DNA from: Vitrella brassicaformis CCMP3155 | Taxonomy: Eukaryota > Protista > Chromerida | Direction: 5' to 3' | Length of the DNA: 63,889 bases | Assembly (NCBI GenBank): GCA_001179505.1 | Contig: CDMY01000176.1 | Coordinates: 62,001 to 125,889 of the forward strand | In this document: positions 34,838-47,426 of the stretch, piece after piece | Layout: the number at the start of each line of letters is the position of its first letter | Numbering within the stretch: the stretch's first letter is position 1 | Program-made: the position numbers and the translations under genes | The notes under the pieces: model-generated | Seen by the model: only the letters and a program-made list of their open reading frames with translations | The model's database searches: none | Told to the model about the DNA's origin: nothing

Positions 34838-37800
34838 ATGAAGCTGCTGCACGCCTTCCTGCTGGGTTTGGTGGCAGGTTTCCTCAGCCCGCTTATTGGC
34901 CGTGTTGCGGCTGACCTTCCTGTCCACTGTGTGCACGGCGACATGCTGGGTACATGGGTGTTCTATATTGGCCACTACCACGCATGCGGCATGACGGACC
35001 ACTTCTGCGGCTATCCTATCCCTGACCGGGAGGACGCCCACAAGCACCTGACGCCGCCACACATCACGTCCAACTTCAAGATGGAGAGGACCGTCACGGT
35101 GGTGTTCGACGGGACTCACGCCATCTTCAGCAATGGGGAGCTGGGCAAGTGGACGATGGTGTATGACGAGGCCTTTAACATCGAGACACAATACATTATG
35201 TGGTTCGCTTTCTTCAAATACGTGACCGACGTCGGCCTCATGGGCGGCAGGACGGAGCACTCCTTTTGCGACCACTCCCTGCTGGGCTTCTGGTACACCA
35301 TGACAGAGAAGAGGAACCTCACGCAGCACATGTCTCAGCACATGCATGAGCACCCCAGCCGGCGACAACACAAGCTGCTTCAGCATGCCGTCTCCCCTCT
35401 CTCCCGCGCTCTCATCCCCTCGATCTTCCTGGACCAGACCAACTCATCCATCGACGCTGACATCGGATCAGGCCTCGACAGCGAGGCCTTCAAGAACAAC
35501 TTCAAGGCCCGCATGGAGGCACAAGTCACCATTCAGTTCCCTGCCAGGCTAACAGACCAGGAGCGCGGATGTTTCTGGGCGGTAAGGGTGACGGACCACA
35601 ACGGTCAGCCGACGACCAAGAAGGCGACGCGGTCCCGCCAGCTGAGCGCCGAGCACGTCAAGAACCTCATATGCAGCGGTCGCTGGTGGACGGCATGGAC
35701 GATACCGACATCTTCTCCAATGTGGGCGGGTCGTGGGGCGAGGGGCAGCAGAAAGAGGCTGCCGGGCAGGGTGCGGAAGACCAAGACACCAAGGAGGCCC
35801 TGAAGGCTGCCGACGCAAACTTTGTCAAGGCGGCGAGGGAGATGGTTGCCATGAGCCAGGACGATCGGGACAGACTCATGCCCCAGCAGAAGCAGGTGAA
35901 AGGGAGAGAGCCATGAAGATGAAGCAAAGACGAGCGACGAAGGAGACATGTGCGTGTCTCTTTTTTGTCAGTCGAATGGAACGTCTGTGGCTGAGTTTGT
36001 GGACAAGCTGCTCAAGAGCGTCCAGGACCAAAACAAAAGTAGGGAGACATCATTCATTTCTGTGTCTCCGTGTCTCACTGTCCAGTTCTGTCTCTTCGCT
36101 GCTTCCCAGCCATGTCCTGGACGCCCACACCTCATGGCTACGTTGAAATCCACGGCAAGAAGGTAAGGTACAGAAGGCAGCCAACGTACGATCCATCCCT
36201 TGTTCCAAGGTTGGCGCTTCACCCTGTATCTCAGCACTATACGCTGGAGGACTTCTTTAAGGCCATTGGCATCATCCCGTACCAAACGTCATTGGACACT
36301 GTGGTCAGTTAACCCCTTGCAAACATCCTACCGGTGCTCATTTGATTTGTCCTGTCTTGTTCAGATCGACCCCGACCACATGCCCATTCCGCCCTCCATC
36401 GAGGGCGAGCGCGGTTTCGACGAAGGCCTCCTTGACCACCTCCCATACAAGTATGGTCTGGCGCTGGATGACCACCTGGACGAGGCCACAATGCAGCAGA
36501 CCTTCCTCGACCTGCCCTACTGGATGGGGCCCGTCAGCCCTCCGCCGCCGTACAAGAACGACTCACAAACGATGACCTTTATGAAGGTCTTCTTCGCGCC
36601 CGTGCCGACCGACCGGCCTTGGCATCGGAAGTCATTCGACTGGCGAAATGAACAGGACGTCTATGAGCGGGTGGGCAACGGAGGGAGAAGAGACTTGGCT
36701 TTGGAGGGTGCTTACTCGTTCTCATTTCTCTGTCTGTCTGTGTGTATGCAGACAGGATATTGGTTCAAAGGTGGCTTGGTGCCAGAGCCTCACCCGCAGG
36801 GTGGATGTGGGTCATGTTATGCTGTGGCGACTGTTCAGATGCTCACGGCAAGGTAAGGTGAGACATGGCGCTGCCAGGTCATCCATCCGTTGCATTCATT
36901 GATGTTGGCATCCATCCTCTTGCTGCAGGTTGTGGGTCAAGTATCTGCACAATCCCGAGGTTGTCAAGAGAATCTACCCCTCAGTCGAACAGGTATCCAT
37001 ATCACCATTCATGGAGTGCCCGCCTTTCTGCATGACTCACTCCATCATTTCGTTTGCCTCTGCGTGTGCAGGCCTACCAGTGTGGTGTCTACAATCAGGG
37101 CTGCGGCGGCGGCTATCCATTCCTGGTGGCCAAATTCGGGAATGAGGTGGGCCTCAGGACCAGGGAGTGCGAGCAGCAAGTGCGCCAAGAGCTGCGGCGA
37201 TCATTTCCAGTACGAGACACATGGAGACACCGCAAAGACCTCTTCATTCATCTGGCTTGCCCATGGGTGTGTGTGTGTGTGTGTGCAGCACAGCAAGCGC
37301 CCAGTACAGGACCTGTGCAACATCCTGGGCGGTCAAGTGAGTCTCGAGGGCAGCTTCAACTGCGAGGAGCCCCCCCACCTGGACACACTGCCCGATGACT
37401 GCACCTGGCTCCTCCGCGTTACCGAGTGGACCTATGTGGGCAGGACGGGTGTGCTGGGCTCATGCGACGAGATGAGCATCGCCCATGAGCTCTGGAGAGG
37501 CGGGCCCATGGTCGTCTCTGTCGAGCCAGGAGGTATTTCTGCATTGGCAAGGGACACAATTGATGGAGGCCCGTGCATGCGGCTTCTTGTCTGGTCTTTG
37601 CAGCTGAGTTTGGTGTATATCACGGCGGTATTTTGACCAGCGACTACACCCCCAAAGTCGAGCGCGTCAACAGGGACCTGTACCATTATGAAAAGGTCGA
37701 CGCAGAGACACAAGCCTCCTGCCCGCCGCATGATTCACGTCTCTCTCTGTATCTATCGTGCAACAGGTTGACCACTCCATCCTCTTGGTGGGTTGGGGGG

Positions 37801-37982
37801 AGGAGCACGGCCACAGATACTGGATCGTCGCCAACTCATGGGGGCCGGCCTGGGGAGAAAACGGATATGCGAGGGTCGCCAGAGGCAAGAACGAGCTCTC
37901 GATCGAGCACCTGGGGATAGCTGCCGATGTCCAGCTCTACAAAGGGGCCGGTCATGGGGGCTTCATCGTGTCGATGCTGTGA
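34838..37982 (+). CDS. CTSC: Cathepsin C / dipeptidyl aminopeptidase (papain family C1A, with exclusion domain)
   Basis: Signal peptide followed by ADLPVHCVHGDMLGTWVF (exclusion domain N-terminus). SFDWRN, QGGCGSCYA (Cys), YNQGCGGGYPFLVAKFG, VDHSILLVGWGE (His), YWIVANSWGPAWGENGY (Asn). Confidence 0.93.
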
Positions 37983-38271
37983 CTGACAGATGATATGTCC
38001 ATCGACAGGCGGCCTGAACACCAGATGACGGCAGTCTGTCCGTCTGTCCGCGTGTACGTGTGTGTGTGAGGTTTTGGGATGACTGAGTAGGATGGGAGTG
38101 GTGTGGGTGTGTGCGAGGTTCCAGGATGAGAGATTTTAGTGGGTCAGCCCATTTGGCATGACATGCAGCTCTCTTCACGTGTGACGCACGGTGCGACAAG
38201 AACGACTGACTGGAATTCATATCACTCAATGCGCCAACAAATCATCTCAGCAAATCGGTGAGCGTGTCTCG

Positions 38272-41200
38272 CTAGGCATCGAACTTACCAACTGATATAA
38301 AACGTAGGCACCGATTCTCACGGGATGATGAAGACAGGTGGTATCCAAACCGATGACAGGTGCCACATGTCTCCGGCCGAGACAGGTGGCCTCTTGGCTG
38401 CACGAGCGACAAGCCACCCCTCACGCACGCGGCCATCCAACACCCCACGCGACTCGTCACCGCAGCCCCTCTCCCCACCGGCCTCCTCCCCTCCCTCGGG
38501 CCGCACCTTGTCGTCCGAGGGAGGGGGACGTCCCTTGGCTCAGCCCTGACAGAAACAGACACACATACACACACACATACACACAGAGAGAGGGAGGGAC
38601 ATGTGTGTGTGTCTGTGTGTAAGTTACCTGACTGCGTCCTTCTCGGCGTCGGCCTCGTCCTTACCCTCCCCGTCCTCGTCCGTCTCCTGCGTCTGGTGCT
38701 CGCCCTCGGTGGCGTCTCGAGCGGCGCTATCCTCGTCCGCCACACGGGCAGCCGCGGACACCAACTGACGCTCAGCCCTGACATAAACAGACACACACAC
38801 ACACACACATACACATACACACAGAGAGAGGGAGGGACATGTGTGTGTGTCTGTGGTGCTGGACCTGCCCTCCGACGTGTCGTCGGCTTGCTGTTCGTTG
38901 AACTCGACTGTCTCCTGCGTCTGGTGCTCGCCCTCGGTGGCGTCTCGAGCGGCGCTCTCCTCGTCCGCCACACGGGCAGCCGCCTGGATGACACACACAT
39001 ACATCACACACATTTATGTTCGTCTCACTATCGCCATTTCCCTTGCCTACATTGTCTTCTTACCCCTCCTCGGCTCATCGAGGTGAGTTTGGCGTCGAGT
39101 GTCCGGGCGTCGTATGTGCGTGTGGTGTGCTACGTGTGCTGGCTGTTTCTGCTGCTGGGCGCCTGATGAGACCAAACACAGACAGCCATGTGGTCAGCCG
39201 GATCCCCCGGCCCTGCTCGTGTGTCGCCATACCTTCACTAAGAAACAGACCGTACTGGCTGCATTCGGCCCCGCTGGGCCGTGTCGTTCTTGCAAGGACT
39301 GCTGGCACCTGATGGATGTCCGCAGCACGAACAGATGTCCACTCACTCCACACACCGAATACGTACCGACATACTCCTGGCTGGCCTGCATGCTGCCCCC
39401 TCCTGGATTGGATTACGTACCTGTGCCATCCGCCCCGGTGCTTCTCGCGGCTACCTTGTGCCCTGCAGCCGCAGCCGGCCCTGCTGTTGGTGATGGGTGA
39501 GAAATAAATAAGAGACAAGAAAGATCCACCCAAATGTGGAGGGAGATGGTGGTGCGGTGGGCGGTGTGTGTATGTGTGCATTGCATACCGGTGCTCTCGC
39601 CCTCGAGTAGCTGCTCAATTATGGCTCGGAGACGGGGGGTGCTGATGTTGTCTCGCCAGTCGGTATCGGCGGTCTTCTCGGCGGTGAGCTCCTGTCGGAT
39701 GCTGTCCATGCCCTTCTCGGCAGCCCAGTCGTCGATGAAGCCAAGCAGACTGAGACGGTCATGGTGGTCGTCGTGGCTGTGCTCGCCAGGGAGGCCATGT
39801 CGCAGTGGAGGGGTGGTTGAGGGCGCCGCTGGGGTGTCGTCTGACGGCTGGCCGTCTGTGGGGGAGCCGGCGGGGGCGGGCGCCTCGGGATCCACAGCCG
39901 TGGACGGCTTGCTACCATGAATCTGCATCTGCATACACACATACACACATACATAAATTACACATACGCACGGTGAGAGACAGCTATTCGTTCGGTCCGT
40001 GTGGTGTGATCTCTTTCTTGTTCGTTCCATCCCCCATTCCGTCACTCCACTCACTCACCTTGTGTAGTAGGGCTTTGTTGTCGACAGGAGCACCGTGAGG
40101 CGCGGGCGGCGGTGCAGCTGACGAAGCCGAAGCGGCGGCACTTGCGGCAGTGCCGGGGTGGCCGCCCTCGGCTGCCGATTGTCCTTTGCCTGTCGCATGA
40201 GGCACCACCAACTCGCTACGCTTAGCCTGAGTGACACAGCACAGCACACAACGAACACACATACGACCACATTAACTAATGTGTGCACATACATGATGTG
40301 ATGTGATGTGCGCATCAATCTGTGTAGTGAGTGTATGTGCTGTGCTGTGCGTCGTTGTGTTTAGTTTCCCGGCCGCACGCACCTTATGATCGGTGTCAGT
40401 TGGGGCCCTCTTGGGCTTGTCGCTTCCGACCCTCTCACCATCAACATCAACACTAGCCCCGTCACCCGCCACCGGCACCAGCAGCGGCACCTTGGCTCCC
40501 GGCCGGAGGGTCCTTGTGGGCGTGTGGTGCACACACAAACTGACGAACCAACCAACGAATCAGACAGACAGACAGACAAAAGGACACACATCCATCGATG
40601 CGATACAGCGATCGACCACAGCTCTCTGTCTGTCTGTCTGTCTGTCTGTCATGAATCGTCCCGTCCCCGAGTCTCACCTTGTCCCCAGGCGACGACAGGT
40701 GGCCTCTTGGCTGCACGAGCGACAAGCCACCCTCACGCACGCGGCCATCCAACACCCCACGCGACTTGCCGCCGTTGCCCCTCTTCCTCGGGCCGCACCT
40801 TGTCGTCCGCCTCAGCCCTCTCGGCCGTGTCCTTCTCCTGCTCATTGGTGTCGTCCACAGCAGGTGCCGGTGCATTCACACCAACTTCCAATGGACTGCT
40901 GTAACCAAATGATGACAGTGGTTCTCACAGTGACTTGGATGGATGTTTGCTTACTCGTGAGTCGGCTGAGGGTGTTCCTACTCACGGCAACACCGTCTGA
41001 TGGGTGGGGAGACACATAGCAGACAGACAAGCATACACGCACTTTGCCATTTCATCCACGACGATTGGATCTCAGGTGGCCCAGATTAAGCGAAAGTGAC
41101 TCGATGGCGGTGTCGCGTCTGAATGATTCGTGCAAGGCACACACAGACTTCCCTTGCCCGTGTTGCTCATTGGTTTGCCTACGTCTCCTGTTGGTGTGCG

Positions 41201-43200
41201 GGGCATTGCAATGAAGACAATCGCCGTCAGATATAAAATGTAGACAACGATGACAGCTGAAAGCAGGCAGGCAAGGACAGAAAGGGCCATGAGCAGCAGC
41301 TAAGGGCTCGTGGGCCTCGTCCAATATTGGCCTCGTCTGCATCCATGTGCGTGCCTGCTCTTGCTGTTCTTCCACGTCGTCGATCTGCTCCTCCTCCTCC
41401 TCGCTGTCGCTCCACTGGGGCTGATGCTGCTCTTGCTGCTGGCGGGGCTCTTGCCGCTCTTGCTCGAGCTGCAGATCTCCGGTTGGCGGCCGGTCCGGCG
41501 ACATAGGGAGGGTGGAGGTGTGGCTGTCGTAGACGGCAACACGACCACTCAACACCTTCCCCATGTCACTCTTGGAAAGCAGTTGCCCATCTTCCGATAT
41601 CGCCCCCAAGAGCGAGCTGTCGATCTGCACCATTCCATCCACGACAGGGATTCCGAAGCAGAGGGGGTTGTGTCGGGGCCTTTTGTCTGTCTGTCTGGCT
41701 GAGCGTGTTGTTGTGTACCTCCCGCTGCTGTCGCTTGGACACCTTGAGGCCCCCTGAAGAGATAGCAAGGACAGAGAGCCACGAAGGTCACATGCACAGA
41801 TGGATGGATGTGAGTCGCCTCTCCCTGCCCCCTTTCCGTTTGAATGGTGGTTTACCTTCGGCTGTGGACGGCCCCTCTGATTTAGGCGGCTGCACCCGAT
41901 CCCACACGCTCGACGCCCCTGATATCCACAGCAACAGAATGTTTACATACATCCGTAGGTACCATTCACAGATGCATGACCGTCCTTCCCACCTCTCTGC
42001 TCACGCTCGCCCTCCTTGCCCGTCTTCTTCTCGTCGTCCTTCTTGCTTCTTGTTCTCTGCTCGGCAGGCATAGCATGTAAGAGATTAGAACTCGACGTGG
42101 GCTGGTTCCAGTGATGTGTATGTTCTTGAGTACAAGCATACATACCGGCGGCCTCGAGTAGCTGGTTGATGAGGGCCTCCAGGCGAGGGACAGGCACCTT
42201 GTTCATCCAGTCGGGGTTGTCTGTCTCCTCCTCGGTCAGCAATAATGTGATGGTGCCGTCGTCGTTATCGGCCGCCCACTGATTCAAAAACTCGATACAG
42301 CTCCTCCGTTCCGTGTCTGATGGACACATAGCTGTCTGCCTTCTGCCTCTTTCTCTGCGGCTGTTTGTCTGTCTGATGGGAGGGAGGACACTCGTACCGT
42401 CGCTCGCGTCAGTGTCAGGCGCGGCGAGGGTAGTCGACTTGGAAGCCTGCAGACACACCGACACACATTCACAACATCACCTCACCCACAGACTCTGTGC
42501 ATTTATGTGACATGTGTGCGGCCCTCCCTCTGAACCCCCAGCTACCTGGTGGCGGCCGGCCGTGTCGTAGTCCTGCTCATGGTTGTGGGGGAGGGATGGA
42601 GGCTGCTGGTCATCCTCATGGCAAGGTTGCTCTGTTCTCGTTGGTTTTTGCAGGCGCGATGGCCGTCCATGGGATGGATCTCCACACCATCCTCCTCAAC
42701 ATGAAAGTCGTTGCCCTCCACACCGACCTTTATGTTGTGTATGCTCTCCATCTCCACGCACACCATCCTCCTCAAGCTCTGCTACCTTGGAAGGTACACA
42801 GACACAACACACAAACAGATGCAAACACAGGGATGACGGGCCTGAGCCCTCTCGTTGTCCTCCTTCTCCTTCAAATCACTGTCGGCCAAACCCAACTCAC
42901 CCTTCTGCATGACACACACACACACCCTCTCTTGTGGCCGGGCTTGCCCTCGCCCTCACCCTCCCCGTCGCCATGGCCGCCTCACACGCAACCTCGTCTT
43001 CACGCTGCAGGTAGCACACACCAAGGCAAGAAAGGGGTGCATGGAATGGGGTGCGTGGCACGTTCTTCCGTGTGCGCACTACCTCTCAGCAGCGGTATTG
43101 TTGGTGTGGGCGACGATGGGCTCCTGCTGGGGCTACTCGGGATCCTTGCACGCTTCCTCATCCTTCCTGGCGACCACCTCTTGCGAGTTCTAAGACAAGG
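38272..43200 (-). pseudogene. Tandem, partly decayed family of acidic low-complexity proteins with duplicated exons
   Basis: 74-bp exon repeat at 38682-38755 and 38910-38983 (AAARVADE[DE]SAARDATEGEHQTQET). Shared 3' segment at ~38381-38455 and ~40694-40766. Helical module at ~39590-39760 and ~42155-42310. In-frame stop and frameshifts near 43130 and 41295. Confidence 0.5.
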
Positions 43201-45127
43201 AACGCCACGCGGAGCCAAAAACGCGGAGAAACGGTGCAGCTGTAAGCGGGATGAGGGCAAATGAACCGATTGGCTGCGAATCAAGAAATTGTCCATTTGC
43301 TTCTCTCCGTCTCCCGGAGACGATCCCGAATTCTCGCCAATAATTAATTGAGAAATTTACAGAATGGAGAGGCTGCGAGGGTTGGCCAGCCGCTGCCTCC
43401 CTCGTGCCAGCCCCACCCTCAGCAATTGGCTGTGTGTCTCAGCACATGCAGGCAATGCGCCTGCCGGGACGAAAGGTGGAATGCCCCCACACTTTTGCAA
43501 TGGTGTATGCCCGGAGGCGTGGGGGTGGACATTTATACACCATGACACGGAGGTTTGGCCATTTTATACGTCCGTTGCCTTCGGTGATGAGCCACAGGCT
43601 GGGGATCCCCCGAATGCCACAGCACCACACGATGGATACTGTGGGAGACACCTAGAGACACGAGGAAACACCCGCTGCGTGTGTGGCCATAGACGGCTGC
43701 ACAATTGCGGCTGCATCTACTACCTCAAGCTGGTTCAGTGTTTTGCCAGCGACTTGACGACCGTCTGATGAGTCTGTAGTCTGCAATGTGGGGAGGGACG
43801 CATCTCACTACATGTGGAGTGAGGTGCCTTCCTCTTTACAGCAAGGCTGGACAACTCGGAAGCTGTCGCAAGTAGAGGAACGGTACTCTCTTACTCCATG
43901 GCTTATGAGTGGTAAGAGTTTCGGTGCCATTGATGAGTCGCATGAAGAAGTCTGTCACATGGGTGAGCTCTATCAAGTTCTCCTTCGTGAAGGCCATGGT
44001 GACATCAAGAACGCCTACAGTCGCGGCGCTCCCTGCTGCTCACGAGAAAGAGGGGCGGGAACACGACAACGAACGGCTCTAGTCTGTGGCTGTGCACACA
44101 CAGGGCAGGCCAACAGACAGGAATGCGCACAGGAACTTGCTCCCGAGGGCGTGAAGTGACGTGCGTGGCATCATACCCGTCGCAGATGCGTAGCGGAGTC
44201 AGCGCCTGGGACCCACCCCTCTTGCCGTAGGACCCCCGCAGATGGAACGGGGTTTGGCCCTTGCTGCGGGCCTCGAGGCGGAGGAAGGTCTCGTCGGTGG
44301 TGATGGAGTCCATCTTGATGAAGAAGAAGGTGGGCTTCTTGTAGTAGGGGATGTGACGGATCTTTTCACGGATCCTGTCGATGTCTAGCGGTCTCTGGGG
44401 CCTTGGACGCTTCAGGAAGTGTGCGACCCAGGAAGCGATCAAGTTCTCGTACGTCATGGTGCCCTCGACAACGCCGACAGAGGTCTCAGACGGCTTCCTG
44501 CCTCTCACGAGTAGAGGGCGGGGGCAGACGACAACGGATGCGTCTACTCTGTGGCGGTCCTCCTCCCGTGATGACATCAGGGGGAAATCCAAAGAGGGAA
44601 AGGCAGAGAAACAATTGCGTCCCGGCAGATGCAAATGGGCATGGCGAGATGGAGAGGCAGCTCGAGGACGAACGAAAGAAGAATATGGCGGTCAGCCGCA
44701 TCCATGCAGGCAGCCCCAAGGCCGATGCAGCCAACGAAACGTGTGCCTCAGGCAACGCTCCTGCTGGACCGAAAGATGCAATGTCCCACACTTTTGCAAT
44801 GATGTATGCCAAAAGGGGGGGTTGAACATTTTGGCAGAGAAACGGCAGAGAAACGATGACGTCCTGGGTGAAAGGAGATGGAATGGCAGAATCTGTTGGT
44901 TGTCCGTAGAGCACTGCATTCTCTTGCTGCCGGCTGTCTGAAGAAACGGTTTCTTTTTTTTAAAGAATCGTCCCATTTTCTCGCGTGAGGAAAGGGATTT
45001 CTCGACACAACAAAAATTTACAGAAAGGACAGGAGACAGGAGGGGATCGTACTCATCGCTTTCCCACTCTGCCTTCCCCCTCCGTGCCCCTTGTGGCCCG
45101 GCAGACGCAAATGGGCATGCCGCGATG

Positions 45128-46229
45128 GAGGGGTAGCTCGAGGACGAACGAAAGAAAATATGGCGGGTCGTCGGACCCGCTGGCCCCGCATCGCAGGCAG
45201 CCCGAAGGCTGATGCAGCCCAAGACACGTGTGCCTCAGGCAAAGCTCCTGCTGGACCGAAAGATGCAATGTCCCCACACTTTTGCAATGATAGACGCTAA
45301 GAGGGGGGGATATATGCCAAGAGGGAACGGGGGGGGGATGAACACATTTTATACGCCACAACGCGAAGGCTCGACCATTTTATACGGCCCTTGCCTCAGT
45401 CATATGAGGCGCAGCGGCTGATGATCCCCCGAATTCCACAGCACCACACAACGGGTACTGGGAGACACGAGACAACACACCCGCTTCATGTATGGCCATA
45501 GACGGCTGCATCCACTCCCTCAATGTATGCCAAGAGGGAANNNNNNNNNNNNNNNNNNNNNNNNNNNNNNNNNNNNNNNNNNNNNNNNNNNNNNNNNNNN
45601 NNNNNNNNNNNNNNNNNNNNNNNNNNNNNNNNNNNNNNNNNNNNNNNNNNNNNNNNNNNNNNNNNNNNNNNNNNNNNNNNNNNNNNNNNNNNNNNNNNNN
45701 NNNNNNNNNNNNNNNNNNNNNNNNNNNNNNNNNNNNNNNNNNNNNNNNNNNNNNNNNNNNNNNNNNNNNNNNNNNNNNNNNNNNNNNNNNNNNNNNNNNN
45801 NNNNNNNNNNNNNNNNNNNNNNNNNNNNNNNNNNNNNNNNGAGGGGTAGCTCGAGGACGAACGAAAGAAAATATGGCGGGTCGTCGGACCCGCTGGCCCC
45901 GCATCGCAGGCAGCCCGAAGGCTGATGCAGCCCAAGACACGTGTGCCTCAGGCAAAGCTCCTGCTGGACCGAAAGATGCAATGTCCCCACACTTTTGCAA
46001 TGATAGACGCTAAGAGGGGGGGATATATGCCAAGAGGGAACGGGGGGGGGATGAACACATTTTATACGCCACAACGCGAAGGCTCGACCATTTTATACGG
46101 CCCTTGCCTCAGTCATATGAGGCGCAGCGGCTGATGATCCCCCGAATTCCACAGCACCACACAACGGGTACTGGGAGACACGAGACAACACACCCGCTTC
46201 ATGTATGGCCATAGACGGCTGCATCCACT
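45128..46229 (+). repeat. Identical 389-bp copies (45128-45516 and 45841-46229) flanking an assembly gap
   Basis: Direct sequence comparison, offset 713 bp. Confidence 0.9.
45541..45840. other. Assembly gap (300 N)
   Basis: N run. Confidence 1.
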
Positions 46230-46529
46230 GCCTCAAGCTGGTTCAGTGTTTTGCCAGCGACTTGACGACCGCCTGATGAGTCTGTAGTCTGCAATGTGGG
46301 GGCGGAGTCGCCTCCCTCACCACAGGTGGAGTGACGTGTGACCTCCCCCATAGCACGGCTGGACAACTCGGAAGCTGTCGCAAGTAGAGGAAGTGCACTT
46401 TTTTAAGTGCATTGTGCGTGGCAAGGGTTTCGGTGCCATTGGTGAGTCGCATGAATAAGTCTGTCACATGGGTGAGCTCTATCAACATGAGCGTCTGCTG
46501 ATACATCCTTTCAAGTTGCGCATTCGCTG

Positions 46530-46969
46530 CCCCAGACTGGTTCATCCGCTGCCGTTGAGTCATGAGCCGTCAACCAGTCAAAAAGCTCGGCCGCTTGACA
46601 GTTCGGAAGCTGTCGCAAGCAGCGACACTATCAGTACAGACTGCACACACCAAACCGAAGAGATAGTTGAGTTTAGGGGCGTCCCGAGCGTGTGGACACG
46701 GGCATTTCAGCAGAGCATCTTGCTCTCCTCTCCGGGCCTCTTGTCTCGGCCCCAGACTGGTTCATCCGCTGCCGTTGAGTCATGAGCCGTCAACCAGTCA
46801 AAAAGCTCGGCCGCTTGACAGTTCGGAAGCTGTCGCAAGCAGCGACACTATCAGTACAGACTGCACACACCAAACCGAAGAGATAGTTGAGTTTAGGGGC
46901 GTCCCGAGCGTGTGGACACGGGCATTTCAGCAGAGCATCTTGCTCTCCTCTCCGGGCCTCTTGTCTCGG
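46530..46969 (+). repeat. Exact tandem duplication of 220 bp
   Basis: 46530-46749 = 46750-46969 (CCCCAGACTGGTTCATCC...GGGCCTCTTGTCTCGG). Confidence 0.92.
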
Positions 46970-47426
46970 GTGGGATCCCCTGTGACCAACAGCATCCGCC
47001 TAGACGGGCTATTGCAGACCGGGGTGCCATGCAGCAGCCTGGGCTGCGAGCTGCCGTAGCCTCTCGCCGATGCTGACAAGCCGTGATTCTGGTCACGCTT
47101 TTCAAATTGCCTTGCCGACGAGTAGTCGCTAAGCTCCGCCAGATGCGACTCTTGCTCAGTTGCCCTCTGCTGCCCGGCTGGCCGTTGAAGTATGAGCGGA
47201 CTATCAATACGAATATACACTGCTCCAGCTGCATGCATAGCTGGTCACAGCTCGGTTTGTGTGCCAAGCTGGTCATGAGCGCCCGCCCATTTCATAAATG
47301 ACATTGGTTGGTTGGTCGTATGACAGTTATCTGTGTGTGCGTCTGTGTGGGTGGGTGGGTGGGTGGGTGTGTGGGTGTGGTTGGTTTGTTTAGTAGGTGC
47401 CTTCATTACCGTTGAATGAGTCTGTT

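Larger units (their letters stand above)
43330..46480. repeat. Cluster of diverged ~0.4-0.9 kb direct repeats (possible transposon or gene relic)
   Basis: The core ...CCCACACTTTTGCAATG...CCATTTTATACG... recurs at ~43450-43580, 44750-44830 (first part only), 45236-45400 and 45950-46110. Segment 43685-43980 resembles 46205-46495. Confidence 0.75.

Noticed and set aside
38560-38990. Repeat-spacer-like pattern of 74-bp repeats
   Set aside because: These are duplicated exons with flanking intron sequence in a eukaryotic gene, not a CRISPR array; there are no cas genes and only two copies.
44300-44345. PTFFFIKMDSITTDETF resembles reverse-transcriptase motif A (e.g. telomerase-like FVKxD)
   Set aside because: No YxDD motif or other RT blocks nearby; the similarity is too short to support.
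45128-46229. Perfect 389-bp direct repeat that could be read as LTRs or terminal repeats of an element
   Set aside because: The copies sit immediately on either side of a scaffold gap and are identical. Contig-end overlap or a collapsed tandem repeat is the simpler explanation, and there are no TG...CA termini or PBS.
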